A stretch of DNA of 64,000 bases. Origin: Acidimicrobiia bacterium. Its GTDB lineage: Bacteria > Actinomycetota > Acidimicrobiia > IMCC26256 > JAENVU01. The translations under genes were made by a program, and so were the position numbers. The DNA lies in assembly GCA_025361725.1 (NCBI GenBank), contig JANYJV010000140.1, positions 9,428 to 73,427 on the forward strand, in the 5' to 3' direction. This document shows, one piece after another, positions 17,465 through 27,026 of this stretch (the stretch's first letter is position 1; the number at the start of each line of letters is the position of its first letter). The notes under the pieces are model-generated. The model was not told the DNA's origin. It worked only from the letters and a program-made list of their open reading frames with translations, and ran no database searches.

Positions 17465-19048
17465 TCAGGCGGCAGGAAACTGCAGCAAGCCCATGAATTC
17501 GTAGATCGATTCGTCAGCCGTGACCCGATCAATCACGCCCGGGCGCTGGGCGGCAATCGAGTTCAACATTGACTCGCATTGTCCTTTCAACGTCTTGTAG
17601 CGCGGCGCCCAGACCGCCCAGACGGCGTGTCCGGCTGCCGCTTTCAGCACCCGGTCGGCAAACTGCTTCGGCTGCGCCCGGCTGTTGCGATCCGCGTAGT
17701 CGACCCAATCGACCAACTTCGGTCCTGCGAACGTCGGGTAGACGACTTCACGGACGCCGGCCGATCGGTTGATCAGCCGGTCACCATCAGGTCCGAGTTG
17801 GTCAGGACAGAAGACCACGACGTCGCCGGGTTTGGCTTCGGCGTTCACGATTCCGATGACCTGGGACGATTGCGTTCGGTTCGTGTGGGCGTTGCGCACT
17901 CCGCCGAGGAACCCGATGGCCACGATGAACACCAACACGCCGATCCGGATCCGGTGATCGGTGATGACCAGGATCCCCGCCGCAACCGCCAGCGCGAAGA
18001 GCGGGTACATCACGGCGGCGTAACGAGCCTGGAAACCGGTCCCCCCGAGGTACGAAGCGACGAGGCCGAGCATCAGCGTGGCGGCGCCGACGAACCACTC
18101 CCACCGGACACCCGGGACCGTGCGCAGGTCGACCGAGATCTGGTACCGCCCGGCCGCGCGTCCCGCCAGCGCCAGCAGCGCCAACACGAAGGCGACCGGG
18201 ATGACCGACCAGCCTTCGACGGTCTTGCCGCCGACGAAATCGATGATGCCGAGCGCAGCCGCGGTGGGAGGAGTGGCGGGGGTATCCCACGGCGTGCCCG
18301 TGTGCGCCAACTGGTAGAGGAAGTCGGAGATCCATGGGAGGAACAGCAACCCCCCGGCGACCATCGCGAGCAGCACTATCCGCGGTTGACGTCGTTCGAG
18401 CTCCGGTGCCCTCCACGCCCGCAGCACCATCATCACACCGACCACGGCGAGGAGGAACAGCGACCAGTACTGGGTGTACAGCAGCGCCGCGGTCGTCAGG
18501 GCGACGGCGGCGAAGCGGCCGATCGACGGGCCCTGCTCGATCATTCGCTGAACCGCTAAGTACCCGAAGAGCACGAGCACCATGGCCAGCATGTACATCC
18601 GGGCTTCGGTGGAGTACCGAATCGCGTAGGGCGACGACGCCACGACGAGGACCGCCGCCCACGCCGACCACCGCCGTTCTCGGTCGTCAGCACCGAATCG
18701 CAATCCAGCGACGTAACTCAATCCGATCAGGACCAGACCGAGGACACCGGACAGCGCCCGCACCGCGACGTCACCGGAGCCGAACACCTGGATCCAACCG
18801 TGGAGCAGGACGTAGTACAACGGCGGCGCACCGTCCTGGCGCAGCGCATGTTGGAGTTCCGACAGCGGCAGCTTGGCGATATTGACCGTGAGTGCTTCGT
18901 CGAGCCAGAGGTCCGAAGTGGTCAGGAACCGGAAGACGATCGCGACGACGAGAACAGCCGCAAGGGCCGCGGGAACGAGCAGCCGAGCGGGACCCGTCGC
19001 TCGAGCGGACGACGGGGCGTGTGTCGGGGCGGCAGGAGAGACCTTCAT
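17465..19048 (-). CDS. GT-C family membrane glycosyltransferase (GT39-like mannosyltransferase-type)
   Basis: 527 aa. TM1 is followed by ...TSDLWLDEALTVNIAKLP...APPLYYVLLHGW... (an acidic DE in the first outer loop, typical of GT-C). There are about 11 hydrophobic segments and a ~130-aa C-terminal domain. Confidence 0.7.
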   Translation of the reverse strand: MKVSPAAPTHAPSSARATGPARLLVPAALAAVLVVAIVFRFLTTSDLWLDEALTVNIAKLPLSELQHALRQDGAPPLYYVLLHGWIQVFGSGDVAVRALSGVLGLVLIGLSYVAGLRFGADDRERRWSAWAAVLVVASSPYAIRYSTEARMYMLAMVLVLFGYLAVQRMIEQGPSIGRFAAVALTTAALLYTQYWSLFLLAVVGVMMVLRAWRAPELERRQPRIVLLAMVAGGLLFLPWISDFLYQLAHTGTPWDTPATPPTAAALGIIDFVGGKTVEGWSVIPVAFVLALLALAGRAAGRYQISVDLRTVPGVRWEWFVGAATLMLGLVASYLGGTGFQARYAAVMYPLFALAVAAGILVITDHRIRIGVLVFIVAIGFLGGVRNAHTNRTQSSQVIGIVNAEAKPGDVVVFCPDQLGPDGDRLINRSAGVREVVYPTFAGPKLVDWVDYADRNSRAQPKQFADRVLKAAAGHAVWAVWAPRYKTLKGQCESMLNSIAAQRPGVIDRVTADESIYEFMGLLQFPAA

Positions 19049-19101
19049 GAGAAGGGCGACACGTTACCGGCGCCAGTTCGGGCGACGGTGCACCGATGGG
19101 C

Positions 19102-19539
19102 TCAGCGGTACTCCCACCACTGGATCTCGACCATCATCGGCAGGAGATACCGCACGTAGATCGACGTGATCGCCAGCATCCCGTGGCCTTCGGTCTTCTT
19201 GTCGATGATGTCCACTCGCGAGTCTCGCTCCCGCCACGCTTGTGCGCCGCTGAGCACGGCATCGAGCTCGGACTCGGTCGCCACGCTGAGTCCGAAGTGG
19301 TCGAGCCGCGGACAGGTCATCGGCGGATCGTCGGCGATCAGGAACACGAACTGCTCGATGGTATGGACGCTGAAGACCAGTTTCTGACCGTCGACGGTCT
19401 CGGTCGGGAGTTCGTGCCACCCGAAGACATCTCCGTAGAACGCACCCAGCTCGGCCCGGCCTGCCGGCTCGAGCAGCTCAGCTTCGACGCTCATGGCGAC
19501 GTGGTTGAACCGCGGTGGTCGAACCAAGGACTCGGTCAC
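19102..19539 (-). CDS. VOC (glyoxalase/bleomycin-resistance/dioxygenase) family protein
   Basis: Track ORF 19102..19635, trimmed to GTG 19539, which lies 1 nt after the ADH stop at 19541-19543. The sequence ...FNHVAMSVEAELLEPAGRAELGAFYGDVFGW...LDHFGLSV... is VOC-like. Confidence 0.65.
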   Translation of the reverse strand: MTESLVRPPRFNHVAMSVEAELLEPAGRAELGAFYGDVFGWHELPTETVDGQKLVFSVHTIEQFVFLIADDPPMTCPRLDHFGLSVATESELDAVLSGAQAWRERDSRVDIIDKKTEGHGMLAITSIYVRYLLPMMVEIQWWEYR

Positions 19540-19540
19540 G

Positions 19541-20581
19541 TCAGGTCCTCCCGTGACTCGGCGCGATGACCACCTTGGCCGGTATTTCCCCCGCAGCCAA
19601 TCGACCGATGGCGTCACGGAGGCCTTCCAGACCAACGTCGTCCGGCTCGATCAGCAGATCGGTCGGGAAGTCCGGCGCGGCGAGGAGTGTCAACGCGGCT
19701 TCGAAGCCGTCCGCGTCGTAACAGAACGAGCCGGTGATCACCAGCTCGTTGAGGATGATCCGATTCGGGTCGAAGCGAGGTGGCGTGATCCCTGCACCAA
19801 CCAGCACGAGCCGACCGGTGCGAGCAAGTTGACCCAGACACTGCTCCATCGCCACCGCATGGCCCGAACATTCAAGCGCAGCCTGGAACGGACGGCCCAC
19901 GATCTCGTCGGGCATGGACGGAGTGGCGAGCGTCTCCGGTTCGATCACAGTCGCGCCGAGGCGCTCGCACAACGCCCGCCGAGCCGGCGAGGGCTCGCTC
20001 ACCACGACGTCGGTGATGCCGCGATGGATCAGGGCGGCGGCGCTCAGCGCGCCGATCGGACCTCCGCCGGTGATGAGGACGCGGTCGCCGGGTTGGATTT
20101 CGGCCAGGGTGATGCCGTGCAACGCGACGGTGAGTGGTTCGGTCAGCGCCGCCTCCCGCAGTGTCAGCCCCTCAGGAAGCCGCAACAATTCAGCTTCCGG
20201 AACGCGCACGTACTCAGCGAACGCACCCTGACCGTCGCCTCCGCCCACGGCGGCCCGACCGTTGCAGAGATTCGGCCGGCCGGCGACGCAGTACTCGCAG
20301 GTGCCGCAGCGCAACGCCGGTCCTCCCACCACCGAGTCGCCGACGGTCCATCGGGTGACGTCGTCGCCGAGGGCCACCACCGTGCCGCTGTACTCGTGGC
20401 CGTGGACCCGGTTCGGCGCGGACCAACCTTCGAGCACGAAGTGGATATCGGAGCCACACACACCGCAGTGGCTGATCTTGAGCAGCACGTCGGCCGGCCC
20501 GATCTCCGGCGTCGGGTAGTCCTCGACCACGATGTTCTGTTTGCCCTTGTAGACCGCGGCCCGCATCCGTGACGGAATCAT
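19541..20581 (-). CDS. zinc-dependent alcohol dehydrogenase (MDR family)
   Basis: Tail of track ORF 19541..21109, starting at ATG 20581 (MIPSRMRAAVY; ATG 20566 is also possible). It carries the GHEYSG motif, a structural-zinc motif CGTCEYCVAGRPNLC, and a Rossmann motif GGGPIGALSA. Confidence 0.85.
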   Translation of the reverse strand: MIPSRMRAAVYKGKQNIVVEDYPTPEIGPADVLLKISHCGVCGSDIHFVLEGWSAPNRVHGHEYSGTVVALGDDVTRWTVGDSVVGGPALRCGTCEYCVAGRPNLCNGRAAVGGGDGQGAFAEYVRVPEAELLRLPEGLTLREAALTEPLTVALHGITLAEIQPGDRVLITGGGPIGALSAAALIHRGITDVVVSEPSPARRALCERLGATVIEPETLATPSMPDEIVGRPFQAALECSGHAVAMEQCLGQLARTGRLVLVGAGITPPRFDPNRIILNELVITGSFCYDADGFEAALTLLAAPDFPTDLLIEPDDVGLEGLRDAIGRLAAGEIPAKVVIAPSHGRT

Positions 20582-20612
20582 CGGTGCAGCGTGCCCGGAC
20601 CTGACCCAGCCG

Positions 20613-21173
20613 TCAACCAGAGCTCGGAGTGTCGTTCGACGGCAGGAGTCGACGGAGCCGAACAATCCGAGCATCGTCGGCTCCGAGCAGATCGACCAAC
20701 CAGCCGAGGGCCGAATGCAGATCGGCGGTTCCGGCCTCGGCCATGGCCTCGATGTCGGCCCAGTCCTTGGTGCGATCGAAGAACGCCTTGAACACCAGCA
20801 GTTCGGTCGCGCCGAGGATCGGGATGGTGATGCCGGCAAACGGGACCCGCTCGACGTGGAGGTGCGCGACATCGTGAAAGCTGTGGGTCGTGAAGAACAG
20901 ATCGATCGGGGTGTCGTCCCAGAACACCCGGATCTGGCCGTCACGTTCGCCCCGAGCCAGATCGTCGCGGTCCCAGGACACTCCGGGCGGGAGCGCCGTG
21001 AACACGCTCTCGATGTCCGGTCCGGCGACAAACGCGTTGACATCGATGTCACGCGTACCCCGTGGCTCTGCGGCGTGGAAGGCGAGCGCGAGCGCTCCCC
21101 CAAATGCATGAGGAACCCGGGCTTCCGCGAGCGCCGCTTCGAGCGCCACGATTCGCTGGACCAGTGAGGTCAC
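20613..21173 (-). CDS. nucleotidyltransferase-fold protein (candidate toxin or effector of a two-gene module)
   Basis: Tail of track ORF 20613..21527, trimmed to GTG 21173, which overlaps the TGA (21170-21172) of the XRE gene as GTGA. The minimal NTase motif is FGGALALAFHAAEPRGTRDIDVNAF (G-G...D-x-D). Confidence 0.6.
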   Translation of the reverse strand: MTSLVQRIVALEAALAEARVPHAFGGALALAFHAAEPRGTRDIDVNAFVAGPDIESVFTALPPGVSWDRDDLARGERDGQIRVFWDDTPIDLFFTTHSFHDVAHLHVERVPFAGITIPILGATELLVFKAFFDRTKDWADIEAMAEAGTADLHSALGWLVDLLGADDARIVRLRRLLPSNDTPSSG

Positions 21174-21496
21174 GGGCGCGACCGGACCCAACCGAAGCGC
21201 GGGTACGGGAGCGTGCGAGAAGGCGCGCGGTGCGGGAGCGCATCGGCGAGTCCCAGCACTTGCTCCAAGCGCTGCGCTGCGAGCGCGGCGTCCGGGCGCG
21301 CTGGGGTCCCGAGTCGCACCGAGGCCTCGGAGCCGGCTGCGTGGAGAATCCGGTTCAAGGTCTCGACGGAGGGGTCTCGTGTGCCCTGTTCGTAGGTGAC
21401 AATCGCCGCCGGCGAGGTCTTCGCTCGCCTCGCGAGTTCCCGCTTCGACAGTCCCGCGCGCCGACGAGCTGCGCTGATCATCGTGGCTGAATCCAT
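21170..21496 (-). CDS. XRE-family helix-turn-helix protein (candidate antitoxin or regulator)
   Basis: 108 aa. MISAARRRAGLSKRELARRAKTSPAAIVTYEQGTRDPSVETLNRIL is a canonical XRE/Cro HTH. Confidence 0.75.
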   Translation of the reverse strand: MDSATMISAARRRAGLSKRELARRAKTSPAAIVTYEQGTRDPSVETLNRILHAAGSEASVRLGTPARPDAALAAQRLEQVLGLADALPHRAPSRTLPYPRFGWVRSRP

Positions 21497-21527
21497 CTCC
21501 GGATGTTATCGGATCCGATAACACCAA

Positions 21528-22010
21528 TCAATCTGGGGTGGCTCGCCACCAATAGCCAGCCATCAACTCCGTGGCCCACGTGGGTTGTCGGATCTCACCC
21601 CCTGGTCCGAACTCGGCGAGGTACGGCTTCACGTCGATCACCGGCGTCCCATCCACGGCATCCAGGCCCGAGACCTCGATCGCAGCGCCGTCCACTCGCA
21701 CCAGGTTGCACACCGTGCTGCCGATGCGGTTCGGTCGATCCTTGGCTCGCTGGGCGAAAATCCCGACGAGCGGCCAGCCCTCACGGCCACGTGGGTGTCT
21801 CGCCCCTCGACACACGGCGTCCGGATCCACCTGATCGAACACGAAGAGGACCTCAACGTGTGAACACGCGTCGAGTCCGGCGAATGCTTCGGGTCCAAAC
21901 TGTTCTCCGTCCAACTCGATACGGCTGAGCACGCTCCCCCACGCGTCGTCTTCGACCTCACCGCGGCCGCCGCGCACCCATCCGATCGCTCGCATCTCGA
22001 ATCGACTCAT
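21528..22010 (-). CDS. TrmO/YaeB-family SAM-dependent tRNA methyltransferase-like protein
   Basis: Track ORF 21528..22040, trimmed to ATG 22010 (MSRFEMRAIGWVR). ...GIFAQRAKDRPNRIGSTVCNLVRV...LDAVDGTPVIDVKPY is the UPF0066/TrmO beta-barrel signature. Confidence 0.7.
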   Translation of the reverse strand: MSRFEMRAIGWVRGGRGEVEDDAWGSVLSRIELDGEQFGPEAFAGLDACSHVEVLFVFDQVDPDAVCRGARHPRGREGWPLVGIFAQRAKDRPNRIGSTVCNLVRVDGAAIEVSGLDAVDGTPVIDVKPYLAEFGPGGEIRQPTWATELMAGYWWRATPD

Positions 22011-22047
22011 CGCCGCACACTGCCAGGTGGGCACACCCACCCGTCGA

Positions 22048-22812
22048 TCAGGAAGCCGCGTAGCGCTTCCAGATTTGGGCTCGCTCGGCGCCAGTCAGGT
22101 CTTCGGGGGCGCGCTCAGGAAACATTGACGAACGTCCGGCGCGGATCTTTGCGGCCCGGTCCAGGATCGTGCGGTCGAAGCGAACGACCTCGTCAGCCGG
22201 GATCGGGTCTCCGGTGTCATCGAGGCTTTCCCACGAGAACGCCCCGAACTCCGCTGCGGCAACGGCGTAGGCACGCAGTGCTGACGGGGGCATCGTTGCG
22301 GTCACGAGACCGGCCTGACGCGTGACCCACGTGTCCCAATCGTCTGCGCTCCACGCCGGCACGTCGGGCTCGTCTCGTTCCTTGGCGCCAAAGGATTCCG
22401 GATTGGTGAGCGCACGATCCAGTCCGGCCGTCCTGAGCTTCAACGTCCCGTCCGACTCGGAGGCGAGCGGGAGATGGCCCCGCAAACCGTCGAGCATCTC
22501 CGGCGAGGGGCTTCCGAGGTCTGCGTTCACCCACACAACCGGGCGGGACGACTCACCGGTGTCGGGGTTCGGAACCATGACCGGGAGGTCGAAGAGCAGC
22601 GCAGTGCGTTCGTTGTGCTGGAACGCGAGCGCCCAGAGCGCATGCGCCAAGAACTCCATGCTCGCCACCGACCCGAGCACCTGCACCGAGTCACTGACCA
22701 CACCGGTCGAGAACCGATGCGGGTCACCCGGCCGGGGCGTGAGAAGCGTCCACATGCCGGCGTCGAGGTACACCGAGCGGCGATGGAGGCGAATCGATGA
22801 ACCGGACTGCAT
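22048..22812 (-). CDS. hypothetical protein (no family recognised)
   Basis: Track ORF 22048..22851, trimmed to ATG 22812 to avoid overlap with the GNAT stop at 22818. The composition is protein-like and acidic (...WSADDWDTWVTRQAGLV...FSWESLDDTGDPIPADEVVRFDRTILDRAAKIR...). Confidence 0.5.
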   Translation of the reverse strand: MQSGSSIRLHRRSVYLDAGMWTLLTPRPGDPHRFSTGVVSDSVQVLGSVASMEFLAHALWALAFQHNERTALLFDLPVMVPNPDTGESSRPVVWVNADLGSPSPEMLDGLRGHLPLASESDGTLKLRTAGLDRALTNPESFGAKERDEPDVPAWSADDWDTWVTRQAGLVTATMPPSALRAYAVAAAEFGAFSWESLDDTGDPIPADEVVRFDRTILDRAAKIRAGRSSMFPERAPEDLTGAERAQIWKRYAAS

Positions 22813-22817
22813 GCGCC

Positions 22818-23258
22818 TCAGGATGACAGACGAGGTCCGGCCGGCCCGCACGGTTCGTCCGGGACCGCGATCCGAAGGCGTGAGTAGACGAGCTCGGCGC
22901 CGTCGCGCGCTACGGCGCCGAAACCGGTCCGTTCGAACAGACGACGGGCTCGGTCGTGAGCTTCCGGCACCACTGCGATGACACGCTCGAAGCGGTGCGC
23001 GTCCAGCAACTGATCGACGAGCCGGCCCAGGACCTCGGACGCGTAGCCCAGGCCACGGACGCCCTCGACCACGGCGATCCTCACCTCGGCGGTCGGCTCA
23101 GACGGCTCGATCCTCACGATCACTTCGCCGACGATCACCGCGTCCGCACGGCGTGACACCCGAAGCGACGTGCTCGAGTCGCGTGGAAAGGGGGATTCCG
23201 TCGGTTGCGCGAGTTCGACCGTGAGGCGATGCGTGACGATCGGCCACGCGGGCGCCAC
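22818..23258 (-). CDS. GNAT-family N-acetyltransferase
   Basis: Track ORF 22818..23375, trimmed to GTG 23258 because the longer form overlaps typA. ...VVEGVRGLGYASEVLGRLVDQL...ARRLFERTGF is the acetyl-CoA-binding Q/RxxGxG/A region. Confidence 0.65.
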   Translation of the reverse strand: MAPAWPIVTHRLTVELAQPTESPFPRDSSTSLRVSRRADAVIVGEVIVRIEPSEPTAEVRIAVVEGVRGLGYASEVLGRLVDQLLDAHRFERVIAVVPEAHDRARRLFERTGFGAVARDGAELVYSRLRIAVPDEPCGPAGPRLSS

Positions 23259-23274
23259 CGAACTGACCGTCGGG

Positions 23275-25119
<1,845 letters not shown>

Positions 25120-25324
25120 AGAAACAATTCTCCGTAGAAGGGGAGCCCAAGTGTACTGGTGTTCGGAGCTGCCCCCCGACTCGCGACGCTCCCACCAGCA
25201 CTAACGTCGACTCACTCGAGCAAGAGGGGAAACAGGAGCGAAGCGGGACAAGGTCCGCGGCTCGTCCGATACGCCAGCGAAGCGTGGCCCGAGCGGCCCG
25301 CTCCGAAGGAGCAAGAGCGGGAAT

Positions 25325-26995
25325 ATGGCAGATTTGGTGGTTCGTGGGGGGACGGTCGTCGACGGGACAGGAGCGCCGGGGTATCTCGCCGACGTCGCCG
25401 TCACAGGTGGGCGCATCAGCGGCATCGGGACTCGGCTTGACGGGCACACCGTCTTGGACGCCAGCGACCAGGTCGTGAGCCCCGGGTTCGTCGACATTCA
25501 TTCCCACTACGACGCGCAGGTGTTCTGGGATCCGGCGCTGACGCCGTCGAGCTTCCACGGCGTCACCTCGGTCGTCGCCGGGAACTGTGGGTTCTCGATC
25601 GCGCCCTGCCGGCCCGAACACCGCGATCTCCTGGCACGCACCTTGCAGCACGTGGAGGATATGAACCTCGACACTCTGGCTGCCGGAATCCCGTGGGATT
25701 TCGAGACCTTCCCTGAGTACCTCGATTCGGTGTCCCGTCACGGCACGGCCCTGAACTTCGCGGTCTACGTCGGCCACACCGCGCTCCGACTCTTCGTCAT
25801 GGGTGAGGCCGGCTACGACCGCGATCCCACCGACGACGAACTGCGCGCGATGCAGGGTGTGGTGCACGAGGCGATGCAAGCGGGCGCGATCGGCTTCGCG
25901 ACGAGTTCATCACCGACGCACAGTGGTGACGGCGGCCGACCGGTTCCGAGCCGCCGCGCTGACCTCGTGGAACTCGAAGCGCTCCTCCAACCGTTGCGTG
26001 ATCTCGACAAGGGGGTGGCCGCGCTCCTGCCCGGGGAGAAGATCAAACACGCGGACGTCTACGGCTTGCAAGCGCGCATCGGCCGCCCGCTCACCTGGAC
26101 CGCGCTCCTCACCGTCAAGGGCTATCCCTGGCATGAGGGGATCATCAGCGACAACAACGCCGCGCGCGCCAACGGTGGTCAGGTGTGGCCGCAGATCTCG
26201 GTCCGGGAACTCGCGTTCCAGATGAACCTCCGAGAACCGTTCACGTTCAACATGGCGCCGGCGTTCGCGGCGTTGATGAACGCGCCGATCGAGACCCGTC
26301 TCGAGGCGTACGCGGACCCGGAGTGGCGACGCGTCGCATTGGACGACCTCGACACCAAGACGATGATTCGGCCCAACTGGGAGGCACTGGAGCTCGCCGA
26401 GTCCGCCAAGCATCCTGACCTCGTGGGCCGGCGGGTGGTCGATCTCGCGAAGGAACGAGGGTGCACACCGTTCGACGTGATGCTTGACCTCGCCCTCGAC
26501 GACGACCTCGAACCACGGTTTCGGAGCGTGCTCGCGAACAACGATCCCGACGCCATCGCGTGGTTGCTCCAGCAGGAAGGCTGTCTCCTTGGGCTCGCCG
26601 ACTCGGGTGCGCACGTCAGCCAACTCTGCGACGCCTGCCTCCCCACTGATCTGCTCGGAAACTGGGTGCGCGAGAAGGAAGTCATCTCCCTCGAACGCGC
26701 GATCCACAAGCTCACTGCCGAGCCGGCCGGGGTCTACGGCATCGACGATCCCGTGGGGGGTCGGGGTCGACTCGAAATGGGGATGGCTGCGGACATCACG
26801 GTCTTCGATCCCGCGACCGTCGCGCCCGGACCACTCCGCCGGGTTCGGGACTTCCCCGCCGATGGTGAACGACTCACCGCCGACCAACCAAGCGGCATGA
26901 CCCACACGGTGGTGAACGGCGTTCCGATCCGTGTCAACGGCGCGCCCGCGACCGACGGCCTCGCCCGGAACCCTGGAGTCGTCCTCAGGAGTTAG
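25325..26995 (+). CDS. N-acyl-D-amino-acid deacylase (D-aminoacylase) family amidohydrolase
   Basis: 556 aa. MADLVVRGGTVVDGTG...SPGFVDIHSHYD (HxH metal site) ...GVTSVVAGNCGFS... It is a paralog of 50805..52529. Confidence 0.85.
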   Translation: MADLVVRGGTVVDGTGAPGYLADVAVTGGRISGIGTRLDGHTVLDASDQVVSPGFVDIHSHYDAQVFWDPALTPSSFHGVTSVVAGNCGFSIAPCRPEHRDLLARTLQHVEDMNLDTLAAGIPWDFETFPEYLDSVSRHGTALNFAVYVGHTALRLFVMGEAGYDRDPTDDELRAMQGVVHEAMQAGAIGFATSSSPTHSGDGGRPVPSRRADLVELEALLQPLRDLDKGVAALLPGEKIKHADVYGLQARIGRPLTWTALLTVKGYPWHEGIISDNNAARANGGQVWPQISVRELAFQMNLREPFTFNMAPAFAALMNAPIETRLEAYADPEWRRVALDDLDTKTMIRPNWEALELAESAKHPDLVGRRVVDLAKERGCTPFDVMLDLALDDDLEPRFRSVLANNDPDAIAWLLQQEGCLLGLADSGAHVSQLCDACLPTDLLGNWVREKEVISLERAIHKLTAEPAGVYGIDDPVGGRGRLEMGMAADITVFDPATVAPGPLRRVRDFPADGERLTADQPSGMTHTVVNGVPIRVNGAPATDGLARNPGVVLRS

Positions 26996-27026
26996 CGGAC
27001 AGCATCCGGCCCCCACGTCGCCGACG

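Noticed and set aside
25218-25325. Direct repeat GAGCAAGAG-GGGAAACA / GAGCAAGAG-CGGGAATA, 91 nt apart, in the typA-deacylase intergenic region
   Set aside because: Only about 14 of 17 positions match, there is no dyad symmetry, and the second copy simply overlaps the ribosome-binding region of 25325..26995. This is too weak to distinguish from chance in purine-rich leader sequence.
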